From the human T2T-CHM13v2.0 reference genome, Homo sapiens, in assembly GCF_009914755.1 (NCBI RefSeq), contig NC_060930.1: DNA of 64,000 nt; one strand, given 5' to 3'. Shown one piece after another: positions 39,661-52,963 of this stretch (the stretch's first letter is position 1; every line of letters begins with the position of its first letter). A program made the translations under genes and the position numbers. A model generated the notes under the pieces. It made no database searches, was not told where the DNA came from, and worked only from the letters and a program-made list of their open reading frames with translations.

Positions 39661-41359
39661 CCCTTCACAGATCTGAGTCTCATCTGGATTAGGCCATATA
39701 TTTAGGTGATGAAGGGACTCTGGGCCTGAGCTGCTTCATTCTCTAGAGGGGCCTGGGGGCTGCCTGCAGAGGAGGAGGGGGCAGGAGAAGCTGCCTGAGG
39801 CTGAGGGATGAGAAGGAAATGCCTGGAGGCCCTGGCTTTGCAGGAAGGGGAGGAGCTCTGCAGCCATTTATGGAGGTATTCACATCAATTTCTGAAAAGT
39901 AAGTTTTTCTTCAATTTCTATCTTCAACTAGTAAAAGAAATATGAAACAATCAGAATGAACAGAGTGGTTGCAAGCACATTACGGAGAACTTCTCTGCCT
40001 GCACTACTTAAGAGTGAGCTGTCACACTGATGCCCCATCTTAATGATGCCACCTTATGCCCCATACTTTACTGTGGTTTCCTTGCAAACCAGGACAATCT
40101 CCAGATAACCACTGTGCAAACTCCAAATTAGATTTCACTCCAGACATTACGACCACCTCATGCTCAGATGCCACTCCGGGTTCAGCAATTGTTCTAAGAA
40201 TGTCTTTAATCACCAGGGAGCTGATATATGTGGGCATTTCCTACCCCCTTATTTTCCTAAATATATACGTTATGGTGTTCTATTTGTCCCAGTGGTAGAT
40301 CTGTATATTTTTGGAAATATGGAAAGTGATCTAAATTGATGTGATTATTTTTATTGCGTGTAAATCTGCAATCCTCACTAACATGTTGGAAAAGTTTAAC
40401 ATTTTCATCCTGCATTTGGATTGGTTCATTTTTGCCAGTTCAGATTTTGTAGTCTGATGTAGAGCAAAAGAGAAATCTTTCATCAGCATTGAAAAGCATC
40501 CTGTACTGTACTAGCATATTTCATTGCTAACTCTTTGCTATGGCAAAGAACAGCACGGTCAGCAGTCTAGTATCTCCATGCTCTCTGGAACGTTTGGAGC
40601 CCCGAACTGACTCTGGGATTGCTGGTTAGTGGGATGAGCACAGCGTCCGCTGTCCTGGATACTGCCTGAGTAGACGTCAAAGTAGTGATTCAATCTGGAC
40701 TCCTACCTACAATGTAAGAAGTCTCTGATATTCCATTTCCTGTCCACCAATTGGTAGAGACAGATTTAAAAAATTATCAGTAGGGTGGGTGTGCAGGGGT
40801 AGACCACTGTTCTCTTGATTGTGTCAGAGCTATGAAAGCTTTCACAGGTTTCTTCAGCATCTCTGAACTGCTCAGAGCATTTGCTCAAGAATTAGGTGCA
40901 CTTTATTAATTTCTAGGAGTTCTTTATATAGTTTGCTCCTGATCTTTCATCTGTGGGGGAATAGAATAACTTTTACAAATAGAGATGCATCTGTGGTGAG
41001 GATTTCTTCTACTAGAAGTGAGCGTGGTCAGGGCTGAAGAATGATGAGAAAAGCCACTGCCGAGCGTGGAGTGGGCTGGGGCCAAACCAGAAAGCATCAC
41101 ATTCTGGAAGCAGGGATAGAGGCAGGAATATCTGCCAGCCCCCAGGGCATCAGGACAGTAGTGAAGACTGACAGCCAGGCTGCTTGTAAATAGACTGACA
41201 GCCAGCCTGCTTGTAAATTAAGAGTGATCTTTAAAGTCTCTGTTTCCAAAAGATATCTAGCAGCATCCCTAGTTGTATTACTAAAAACAACATGGCAGAA
41301 TAATGAAATTCCATTAATTCTCTACTGGGTTATAAACCAAAATTCCAAAGTCAATAAGG

Positions 41360-44300
41360 TTCTTTGAAAATAGACATCTTTATTTAACTATAAATCTAGG
41401 CTAATAAATTACTAAATAAAATAATCATGAATGTAATACTTTTCCGTATTAAATAATTTAAAATTTCTACAACAGGCACTGTGGTTCATGCCTGTAATCC
41501 CAGAGCATTGGGAGGCCAAGGTGGGAGGATTGCTTGAGGCCAGGAGTTGAAGACTAGCCTGAGCAACATAGGAAGACCCAATCTCTACCTAAAAATAAAA
41601 CAATGTGCCGGGCATGGTGGCATGCGCTTGTAGTCCCAGCTATTTCTAGAGGCTGAGTCTAGAGGATCACTTGAGCCCAGGAGCTGGAGATTACAGTGAG
41701 TGAAGACTATGCCACTTCACTCCAGTATGGTTGACAGGATGAGAAAATGTAAAAAACCATAAAAATAAAAAAAATTAATACAATTCTTGGTCAGTGCATC
41801 GAAAGGATCCCTGAGGTCTGAAGTCCAGCATGCACTGGAAGAATAAGCGATACTGTTTGGAAGAATAAGGTCATGCTTCAGAGAAGTGTCTGCTTTTCCA
41901 CAATCAAAAAAGTAGAAAGAAAATGCTTTTTTGCTGGGATTTCTTGTTCAGTTAAAACTTGTGCAGGAGTTCCATCCATTAGCACCGAGAGAAAGTGGCA
42001 GAAGGTGTTAAGAAAAATGGCTGCTGGGATCATGAGCGAAGGTAATGAGTGGCCTGAGATGTTGAGCCGACAATGTCCTCATCATCTGCTGGGGGCCTCT
42101 GGGCTTGCTAAGGCTTGAACTCCTGCTTTCCAGAAAGGCACAGTGGTGAGTAGACAGGCGGCCTCCCTGAAGGGAGAGCAGGACCCAGACCAGGCTAACA
42201 GAGGCTTCTTGATATCACCTTCCACCTTGAGGAAAGATGATGTGTTGGTTTAAGTGGCTGAGAAAAACCTGGGTCTGTTCTCCTGGGTGATCCCTCCCAG
42301 ACCCTCCCCATTTTGGAGCCTCTCCCCCAAATAAGGAACATGTTTTTCCCTCCAACCCTACCCCTGGCTCTGTACCCTGTTCCAGCCTCCACCCTCCTTG
42401 AGGCTGGGAATGAGGGGTCTGCACGCTCACTCAGGGACTGCTCCACCCTCTCATAGAAGGGTCTAGAGGACCTGGGGGAGCCCTGTCCAAAGAGAGGTCT
42501 CTGGATCCATGTTCCCTGGCCTTAGGTGGGCTTGTAGACAAACCACCTTCTTTTCCCTTCACTCTCAGCCTTTCCTCACCCTGGGAGCTGCACCCATAGC
42601 TCTGAATGGGACTGTCCTTGCCCTGCCCCATTCATTCCTGGCCAAGCTCAGTGGTGAGCATGGAACTCCAACAGCAGCTTAGCTCCCCTGCCTGAGTCCA
42701 CTCTGCTCCAGGCAGGGCCATCAGCTGGCTCAGGATCTGGAGTGTGCAAGAGGCGGAATGGCAGGGGCATCGCCCCAGGGCCCAGCAAGGACTCCCATGG
42801 GTCCAAGGGGCCTGGCCTTTTCCTAAATCTCACCCTGGACACGCTCTACTCTTCACCTTCCACCTTAACTGCTGGGACCCGAGCTGCTTTCTCTGGGAAT
42901 GCAGCCTTAGGAACTGGGTGGGCCAAGGCCCTCACAGCTCCCTCATCCTGGGATTCTCCCAGATCACTCTCTTCTTAGCCTCCTCCAGGGACGCCCTTTC
43001 CCTTGACATCCTTGGTGAAGCAGCCATGCTGCTCCTCTCCTACTGTGCAGACTGCCCATGCCTGAGTTCCTGCTGCCTGCAGGCCACACACCACTACCCT
43101 TCCCGAATAGGAACCTGCTCTGAAACAGGCCTGAAATGGCTAAACTCTCTCAAGCTCAACAGGCCTTGAGCCTTGGTATGGGCCCCTCCCTTTCCCTCTG
43201 GTTCTGACAGTGAGAATCCATCAGAACTCAGGGCTGAGCTACCCAGGTCATTGCCAGTAGGTGACACTAGGTCTCATTCATCTGTCTCATGTCAGGATGA
43301 GAAGGTCCCAGCCATGGGGATGGGTGGGACTCTGGGAATTCTCCTTCTGCATCCTCCCACCTCACCCATCTGCCTCTTGCTCCCCTCCCAATATTGCCCA
43401 CATTACCTGTCACTCTAAAGAACTCTCCTCAGATGCCAGGGAGGATAAAGCAGAGGATGATGAGGAGGCTCCAGGGACTGAGGGTGCTGGCCATGGCTTT
43501 GGGTTGGGTTGTGCCTGGGGTCAGAGAGGGTGGTTCTGAAATGGAAACACAGGAGTGACAACCCTCGTCCAGGCCCCAAATCTTAGGGGATGCCTCCTCA
43601 GCTCCTGCCCCCCTCAACTCATCCTGGAAGAGCTTTTGTCCCACAATGCTGTGAGGAAGCTGCTGTGACCGTTCCTGGGTTGGGAAGGGAGGGGGGTGTC
43701 CCCTGTCCTCAGGGAGCTCACACAGCTGCTGAGGGAAGCAAGGTGACAGCACAGCCCACCCTCCTGCTGTGGCGGAAGAGGAGATGATGCCCCAGGGCCA
43801 GGGAGGGGAGGGTCTCGGGGCTGGCATTCTAGGTGGTTTCGATGGATATACAGACACAGACAGGGGGAGAGGAAAGGAAAAGTGATTCTAGGAGGAAGGA
43901 ACACTAATGAAAAAGGTCTAGAAACACTATGACACCCACAGATTTGAGGCTGGTGAGAAATGCACAGTGGGTTGAGCAGAAGCAGGTGCAGTGAGGAAGA
44001 GGAGTCGGGGGAAGAAGGGAGAGGAGGATGGAGAGCATAGGTATGCCAGCACCCCCAGGAGGAGCCCCCCATGAGGGGGTCATGTTCACACTCACTTAAA
44101 CACGCACACGCACACACACACACACACACACTCACACAACGGGCTGATAAGATCTGAACTCAAGAGAGCTGCCTTTTTTCACCTCTCACTTACTTGTTGG
44201 ATCCAGCATTTGTTCCCAGTATATCAAAAAGTCTTCAAGCCATGTCTTACAATCCCCCATTGAAATGTTATGGAAGAACACGGTCACCTCCTTGTTCTTC

Positions 44301-47300
44301 TCCCACTTCTCTGTCATCTTCTTGGCTCCAGGATGAAGTGCTGTCTACTTTCTGTTGTTTGAGTCAAAGAGGAGGAAAGTCTGTCCATTGAAGAGGAACT
44401 GCCAAGATCCTCTGCCGTGTCCGTGGGCTTCATGCTCACAAGACATCCTGGCCTGCAGAATGAGGGGCTCTGCCCTATTGCAAAGAGATCAGCTCTGATC
44501 TTGACAAATCCTGAGCCCCACCCTGCTTCCTTTCCTGGCTCCTGGACTTGCTCTCTCTGCTGCATCCGGCCCATGCTCCTCAACCTCTTGGGTGACACAA
44601 ACTTCTGATTTAATTTTTACAGGAAACCAATAAATGCCTCTAAGACACTACTGTGTCTGCTCTCTGCTGTCCTGGACTATTTTAAACTTACCGATGGGTA
44701 TTACATTCTCCATTTCAATGTCAGGCAGTTGCCCTTTGAGGAAATCCCCCACATCTCTTAGTGTTTCAGTTTGTCTTAGTGTGCTTGTGTGGGAGAGAAG
44801 GGAGAAATCTCTTAGTGTTTCAGTTTGTTCTTCCCAGGTTTTTGTGACATTTACTTTCTTCCGCAGAGAAGCAAAGGCTTTGGCCTTGTGGTTAACACAG
44901 TCATAGTGAAGAAAAGGCCTTTCATCCACCAGGCCTTGAACTTCACACCATCGTGGTTCAGGTCTGAACTTAGGAGTGATGATGAAGTCATAGCAAAGAC
45001 AGTGTGTGTCTGTGGAAGAAAAACACAGGAGAGGGTTGGTGTGGAGGAAAGTGGAATCTGAGACCCCTCCTCCCCCTTATGGTGACTGCAAATGAAGGCC
45101 TCTGAGGGGCTGGGCTGGCAGAGCAAGATGTGCCCCAGCCAAGCCTGTCATGTCAACTAATTAAAGACTAGAGCATCTCCCTTGCTTGAGTACATGGAGG
45201 GGAAGGTTCCTGCAGCCATGAAACCACATGTCCCCTCCAGACATGTCTCACCTGCCCTGTGCCAACATCAGTCAGCACATGACCTTGTGGTGGAGGTGCC
45301 AGGCCTGTTGTGGCAGGAAAAGGCCTGGATGAGGAGGACCCTCAGCAGCAGCCCATGTGGACTGCAGGAGGTGGGAGAGGGTGTGGGGGCTGCCCTGGGA
45401 TGCTCCAGCACAGTGGGTGGGGTGAGGGCAGAATTCAGTTTAGATAAGCAAGTGATTATTGTCATGGGTCACATGATTTAACACTTTGGCAAAGCCCGGC
45501 GATGACACCCATCTGCTTTGAAGATGCATTCCTGGAACCTTGTAAAGGGATGGTTCACAGGGCAAGAAGTGGAAAATCCAGAACTTCTAAGTCAGGGTGT
45601 AGAGGAAAGAGCCAAAAGGCTCAGAGAAGCACCCATGCCAGAGTGGCTGCAGTACGAAAATCCAGAACAATGTCCATCCTCTGTGCTCATGGGAAGCCTG
45701 GAGGACTCCTGATTACCCAGCATACAAAGAAGGCCCCAGGAGAAGGCAGCAGTCTATCAGGAAGCCCAGGGATGCCTGTTGCTGAAGGCTGGGGTTGAGG
45801 GTAGGAAATGCTGTTCCTGAAACGGGCTCCCAGTAGTAATGGGGATGGAAAATCCTGAAATAAGAGATCTCAAGTGGAGGCCGTCAACTGTCAGGAGGAA
45901 GGAGGGGGCAAAGATGGAAATAATTAGAGAAGTCACAATGCCAGGTGGGGACCTCAGTCATACAAAGGTGTGCCCATGGCTCATAGAACAAAGGGGTCAA
46001 GAATCCAAAAGAGATGGAAACTCAACCCGGATGCTGCTAGATTTAAATAACTACAACAAACAAAGACAAAACACAAGGATGGATGACCTGGAGGCTGAAA
46101 GGAGTCACCCCAGGAAATAACCGAGCTCCTTTGCCCAGCTTTGAGAACTGAGTCACATCTCAGACCCAGAGTCCATTACTAGAAGGAGAGCCCAGAGGCC
46201 CTGGTGGGCCCCTTCAACACCACAGCAACTGCAATGACTCCTTCAGCCTCCCCCAGAGAGCCAGATGGGCATTCACTCTGGTAACTGTACACCATGAAAC
46301 AGCAAATACCCAGACACTTCTGGTGGACACAGTGTGTGATCCAACCTCCTTTCAGAGATCTGAAGCATTAACTTGCTCCCCTGTTACTCATGAGGTGCAT
46401 TTGGGGCAAAGTAACGGATGGACACCTGTGTCAGGTCCAGCTTAGGGGGATGTGCTGGGTTCATAGACCCATTCGATGGTAATTTCACATTTCCTGGATT
46501 TCTACCGGGAATGGATAGTGTTTGTAGTTAATGTAGTATCTATTATAGGTTGTGCTGGTCATATGACCTCCCCTGTCACTACTCAACTCTGCTCTTGTAG
46601 CTGGGATGCAGCCATACACACTCTGTGATGAGGCGTGACGCTGGACCTACCAATATGGCTATTTGACCCTGGACTCCCTAAGATCCCAGAGGCATGTGTG
46701 GTTGGAAAAGGTGCTATGTGGATTTCATGGCAATTGCCAACCGCAGAATCACAACAGGATCCCCTAGTGCTCAGAAGCAAGGCTGTGCCACTCACAGCAG
46801 TGAAATCCCCTCATTTAAAAGTGGCTCCTGCTGTGGTCCTGGGCCCCTGTGGAGATGGGCCTCCAGCTATGGGAGGGCAGTGACCACACAGCCTCAGAGC
46901 TGCCCATCACAGGGTGGGCTCCTCACCCTTTAGGTCATTAGGAAGATAGGCCCCACAGTGAGAAGACACAGGTGGGTCTCCTGGGATGGGCAGGAGCAGG
47001 GCCACAGGGAACCAAGAAGCTGCACAGGCAGTTGGCCCCGATCCCCAGGACACCATGTGGCTGTACCGCCTCACCCTCAGCTCACACCTGAGGCTTCAGG
47101 GAGGGTCCCTGATTGCCTTGAGGTACCGATGATGCCACCCAGCAGCAAAGGATGGGGGCAGTAGGCCTGGACCCATGGAACCTCCATTCACATCCATCAC
47201 ATCCACACCACCCAGAAGCCACAGGCAGGGTAGGACACACTTGTGACTCTTCAACTTACACAACTTGGAGATGACACCCTAGGGGATGGGGCAGCAATTG

Positions 47301-48503
47301 CCAGGACACAGCATGTGCCCTCATCTGGGGTCAGCAACCTAGGACAGGGTCCACATCTGCTCTCCCTTTTACTTGCAGGTTACCATTGCCTGCTGTTGCT
47401 CTACAAAGGGACAGGACTTGACACACAGACAGAGAACTCACGGCCAGCAAGGACCAAAGTGACTTCAGCCTTTTCTTTCTAGAAAGGGTTTGCTGACTCC
47501 TGTCTGCGTAGTGACTATTCTATATGACCCTGGCTCCCCAGTAGGAAGAACAGGCGGGTCTGGGACCCAAGGGCAGAAGTGGGCACCTCTACTCACGGGC
47601 GCTCCCAGGGTCATCCTGAGGGAAATGGGATTTCCCGTCCCCCCTGCATTAAGTTCTGTAGAAAGCCTGGGGTGTGTTTGCTGGGGTGTGCCCTCAGGCA
47701 AAAGGGGACAAGGTGCTAGTTGGTGTGGGGAGGTGCTAAGGGCCCCTTCATGGATGGGGAGGTGAGGGAGGCCTGTGGGGTGACAGGGCTGGGCTGAGAT
47801 GGGGAGTGAAAGAATGAGACCTGAGTAGCAGAAGTGAATGGTGAGGAAGTGGTGAATGGTGGGAAGTGTCTGGTGAGCCCCTGGGTGCAGGTGAGTGTCT
47901 GCAGCAAATTGCAGGGGAAGTTCCAGGGCGGAGCCCTACAGGTGCTGGAGGGTGGAGAGCGGGTGAGAGCAGAGCATTTCTGTGGTTGGTGGGGGAGTTT
48001 GTGATCGCATCCCTGTGGAACCCCGCTTCACCCCTGTCCTGACCCCAGCTAGGGTTTCGGGGGCTCTGGTTTCTTCTTCCCGAGGGCGAGTAGGGCTGCG
48101 GAGCTGCATCAGGGATCCCCGCTCCACCCTGCCCTCTGCAGCCCGTTGGCCCCTCCACCCTCCTGTGGTGCCTTTTCCGCGCTCTTTAAAAACCCTCCTG
48201 GTCTGCAGTGCAAGCTGCAGCCGCAGGAAGCGGACCCAGCGTAAAGGAGCCGCAGCGGGGAACTCCGGGGGCGGGGGGGCCGATGCTCGGGGAGATCGCG
48301 CCGGTCCTTCTAGAAGCTTTCCTTCCTCTGAAACACGCTGCAGTCCACAGCCCGCCAAGTTTGGCCCCAGCCCCCGATTAGGCTCCAGCCCCCGATTAGG
48401 CTCCATCCCCGAACTCACCGGCCCGCCCTGACCCGGACCAGCCGGACAGCAGTAGCAGAAGCGGGAAGCACAGAAGAAACGCGGGGCAAGCGGCCGCTGC
48501 CAT
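41360..48503 (-). pseudogene. RAET1K: RAET1K, inverted ULBP1 paralogue: exons 48503-48419, 45009-44692, 44469-44194, 43535-43407, 42225-~41360
   Basis: All splice sites intact; in-frame 54-nt insertion in exon 2; TGG>TAG at 44347-44345; C-terminus ...[13 protein letters not shown]; AATAAA 41384-41379. Confidence 0.92.
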
Positions 48504-50713
48504 TGGGGACCTGGGGCACAGGGGACGGGAGTCGGGGTCGAGGCGGATATGGGCGGAGGAATCGCCTGGTGCCTCACATTCAGGCTAGTGAATTGGACCG
48601 CTCCGCCCCGTCCAGCCCCGTTCCGCCCCGCCGCAGGCTGGGATCCAAGGGGCGTGATCCGACGGCTGCCTTGTTTGGGCATGCTCCACCCCGCCCTGCT
48701 CCGGGGCTCGTCACGTGACAGCGGCCCCGGCGGGCGAACCCTCCCCCTCCACCTCGGCCCCGCGGCTTGGTGGCGGCGTCACCGGGCTCCGCGCGGGGCA
48801 GGACACGGTGCCTTCCATGACTGCCTCGTTTAATTTTTCAACACAGCATTTATCATTACCCCAATGTAAACACTGATGCACAGGAAGGTGAAGAAACTTA
48901 ACAGGAATATACAGTGGCGGCGGTGACCCCGTCACCGCCTGCGCCAGCGACACACCCCCTCCCTCCGCCTGCGTCGCGGAGTCCCCGACCCTCTCTGTCC
49001 AGCGCGCAGCCGCCTCCCCAGTCCAAAGCGGACCTTCTTTGCCTCTCCACTAAAAGCATGAGGAGGTCTTTGAGTATATTCTATATCCCTTTATGACTTT
49101 TGGAAAAAAAAGAAAAGAAAGCCCTAGAGGCCTACTGTGATCAACCATCATGTGATCAATTGTGTTTCCATGGAGAGCAGAACCCGATAGTAGGGGTCTA
49201 CGCATGGGTGGGGCTCACTTTGCTGCACTCCCATCTATGTCCAACCACACCCAAATCCATGGCTGTATCCGCACCTCGGCTCAGTCCCTGGATGGTCCCT
49301 GTAACCATCCTCAAAGGGGACACTCGAGTGCGTCCTCCTCTGAGTCACCATGGAACCATCTAGATCTATGGACAGAAGCCAGAGGGAGGTGGGGAGCCCA
49401 GTGGCCTCTGGTGGCAAGGGAGGGCTTAGCCTGGGGTGAGGAGTGGGCAGAGCTGAGCCCACTCTACCCCCGGCCACTCAGCCCGTTCTCCATTGAATGA
49501 GTCTTCATGTGGGGAGAACTTCACCTGGTGACCAGCAATCCCTAGGGTCCTGAGGCTGTGGGAAAGAGGAGGAGGCCTGGACCAAGCCCAGGGCCTGTCT
49601 CTGCTTCAGGACAGGGTCATGGGAGGGCAGCCACCTCTGTGACTGAGCAGGGACACAGGAGCCTAGAAGGTTCTCGCCTGATGCACTAAAGCCACTGTCC
49701 AGGAAGGGCCACATGGAGAGCGGTCTGCAGGCCAACAGACACACGGGGGTGAGCAGTTCTCAGACTTCGGAGGGGCATAGCTTGGTGGGTCTGGGGATCT
49801 GTGTTGTGAGAAGAGCCTCCCATGCATAGGGCTGGGGACAAGGAACCCGGGTTAGTCCTGGAAGTAGGCCACTGGGAAGACCCTGGCAGCACCACTCGTG
49901 AGGCTGGGTGACCTGGGCCAGTGACTGGGGGAACAGGAGGAAGGCAGAAGGAGGCCAGCAGGAGAGCCTCCAGCAGGATAGCCAGGTGAGAGGAGAAGGG
50001 GCCTCTGTGCACACCTGGGCCCTCCTGCCTCACCCCTGCTGCCGGCATTTGGCCACCACACTCAGGCCAGCCCAGGATGGGCATAGAAGTGGCCCAAAAG
50101 TGACTGTAATGGCTGTGATTTAGAGATCATGCATTCAGACATGGAAGTCAGCTGATATTGCAGCTGAATATTCCTGTGCAAGGTTCTTCAGCTTTCTGGG
50201 CATGGATGTCCGCATGTGGAAAATGACAAATGCTATGAACACAGATGAAATGAGCAGATTCTACAAGGAACCCTGTCCTTGCACATGCTAAGGACCCAGG
50301 GCAGGTCTCCTATTTCAGTTGTGAGCCCTGCCGCCCTCCCTGAAGTCAGCAACTGCCAGGCCCACCCTGAGGAGAGCTGGAGCTCTGAACCCAGGCCGCG
50401 GCCTCTTCATGGCCCTGAGTGTGCTGTGAGGGGGTGGAAATGAAAGCGAGACCCGCAATCAGGACTCAGGCATGTTTTTCAGACCCACAGAGGATGATTT
50501 TTTTCTCCATCACCTGGTGAGCCTGACATGATGTAAGTGTGGTTGGAGGCTGAGTGAACCAGTGAATGAATGAGACAGTTGTGGGAGTGAGTGGGGCTGG
50601 GAGGAATAGCACAGGTGCAGAGGGGAGCTGGAGCGGAGGATGTAACCTCCAGGGGCCTGAAGGTGGCAGCATTGAGGTTGGTAAAATTTTTTTGCCCATT
50701 TTTCGTGTTTTAG

Positions 50714-51028
50714 TTTTTTTTTTTTAATTATACTTTAAGTTCTAGGGTACATGTGCACAACATGCAGGTTTATTACATATGTATACATGTGCCATGTTGG
50801 TGTGCTGCACCCATTAACTGGTCATTTACATTAGGTATATCTCCTAATGCTATCCCTTCCCCCTCCCCCTACCCCGCAACAGGCCCTGGTGTGTGATGTT
50901 CCCCTTCCTGTGTCCAAGTGTTGTCATTGTTCAATTCCCATCTATGAGTGAGAACATGCGGTGTTTGGTTTTTTGTCCTTGGGATAGTTTGCTGAGAATG
51001 ATGGTTTCCAGCTTCATCCATGTCCCTA
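50714..51028 (-). mobile_element. Young L1PA 3' end inserted in an Alu tail
   Basis: TTATACTTTAAGTTCTAGGGTACATGTGCACAAC...; absent from the left arm. Confidence 0.9.
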
Positions 51029-51323
51029 CTTTTTTTTTTTTGAGGCGAAGTCTTGCTCTATTGCTCAAGCTGGAGTTCAGTGGGATGATCTCAGCTCAGT
51101 GCAACCTCCGGCTCCTGGATTCAAGTGATTCTCCTGCCTCAGCCTCCCAAGTAGCTGGGATTATAGGTGCCTGCCACTGTGCCTGGCTAATTTTTGCAAT
51201 TTTAGTAGAGACAGGGTCTCACCATGTTGGCCAGGCTGGTCTCGATCTCCTGGCCTCAGGTGATCCACCTGCCTTGGCCTCTCAAAGTGCTGGGATTACA
51301 GGTGTGAGCCACTGCTCCCGGCC
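51029..51323 (-). mobile_element. AluS (mirror of 4857-5166)
   Basis: Alu dimer. Confidence 0.88.
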
Positions 51324-51539
51324 ACAACTTGGAAATTTGTATGCCCACCTGGGTGTCCACAAAGATTTTCCAAGGAAGAGTAACTTTGGTTTTCAACCAG
51401 TCTGGGGTGCTTCATCAGGATAGAAACTTCTAGAAAACATAGTGTGATGATGGACAGCAAACTGCTGTCTTCATATGGTTTGACTGAGCCTAGGGCGCAC
51501 CATGGCCAGGAAAATCTTGCCTTTGTTATTGTTGTTGTC

Positions 51540-51857
51540 ATTATTATTATTATTATTATTTTATTATTTTTGACGGAATCTTGTACTGTTGCCCGGGCTG
51601 GTATGCAGTGGCACAATCTTCGTTCACTGCAACCTCCACCTCCTTGGTTCAAGTGATTCTCCTGCCTCAGCCTTCTCAGTAGCTAGGATTACAAACACCT
51701 ACCACCACACCTGGCTAATTATTTTTATTTTTATTTTTAGTAGAGACGGGGTTTCACTATGTTGGCCAGGCTGGTCTCGAACTCCTGACCTCATGATCCG
51801 CCAGCCTTGGCCTCGGAAAGTGTTGGGATTAAAGCTGTGAGCCACTACGCCCTAGCC
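51540..51857 (-). mobile_element. AluS (mirror of 4360-4656)
   Basis: Alu dimer with (ATT)n tail. Confidence 0.88.
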
Positions 51858-52659
51858 GAAAATCTTGTATTTAAGCAAAAAAGGAATGAGTCTGAAAGCA
51901 GGAATGGCATTGGGAAAAGATAAGGGGGCCAGGAGGAAAGTGAAGGAGAAAAGAAGGGTTAGGGTCTGAGAGGGAGCCAGGATCCAAGTATTTCCAGCCC
52001 CAGGGCCTGGAGTTGCAAGTGGGCGGGGCGGGGCCACTGGAGCTGTGACAGCATCGAGAGCCTCGGTGACTCACGTGGGGGCCCTCTGTTTCCTCCGGGT
52101 GTGTCACGCCCTGGGCTCCAGGTCCCCAGTGGCACAGGTGCTGGCACAGAGTTGGGTGTCTGCATCCAGCTTCTGTTCCTGGTGCCAGGATGGTCCAGGG
52201 TGGGTCGGGTCGGTGAGTTCCAGGCTGGACCCTAAACAGGGGTCATGGGGGTTCTTGGACTGCAGGGAGGTCAGGAGGAGGGGAGGCTTCTGTAAGCTCC
52301 TGAATGTCTCCCTGGAATGTAATGCAGCATTGCAGGCTGGAGCCAGCCTGGCATGGGGAGAGAGATGTGAGACTGATGAAAAGCGTGCAGCCTGATTTAA
52401 AGCCAAACCCTGAGTCCTTTCCAAGAACTATAAAGCATATTGTAGTCGCTAAAAGAAACAAATACAAAAAAACAAAGTAGCCTTTCTTGGCAGATACAGC
52501 ACCTTTTATTTTTAATCTTTACATTTAACATTGCCTTTTTAAAATACTGTATATTATTCGATATTTTAAAATCCAACCTGGGAGTTTCGCTGATTTATGT
52601 GATGAGTTTAGTAATTCACGTTTATTGTTAATTATTACTGTTTAGGATTTAGCTATGCC

Positions 52660-52963
52660 ATTTTTTTATTTTTTATTTTTTTTTTGATACTAGCTCTCTC
52701 TGTTGTCCAGGCTGGAGTGCAATGGCGTGGTCATAGCTCACTGCAGCCTCTAACTCCTGGGCTCAGGCCATCTTACTGCCTCAGCCTCCGAGTAGCCAGG
52801 ACTACAAGCATGCGCCACCCACTGGGCTAATTTTCTGTATTTGTTTGTAGAGATGGGGTCTGCCTATATTGCAAAGGGTGGTCTTGAACTCCTGAGCTCA
52901 AGCGATCCTCCCACCTCGGCCTCCCAAAGTGCAGGGATTACAGGCGTGAGCCACTGTGCCTGG
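52660..52963 (-). mobile_element. AluJ (mirror of 3244-3548)
   Basis: Alu dimer. Confidence 0.85.

Larger units (their letters stand above)
49200..52390 (-). pseudogene. Inverted copy of the putative decayed class I-like gene, upstream of RAET1K
   Basis: Mirror of 3830-6700 ([17 protein letters not shown] near 51400-51450). Confidence 0.4.

Noticed and set aside
39900-41340. Single-copy block downstream of RAET1K as a possible gene
   Set aside because: Only short ORFs with no recognisable family; appears to be old repeat or intergenic DNA.
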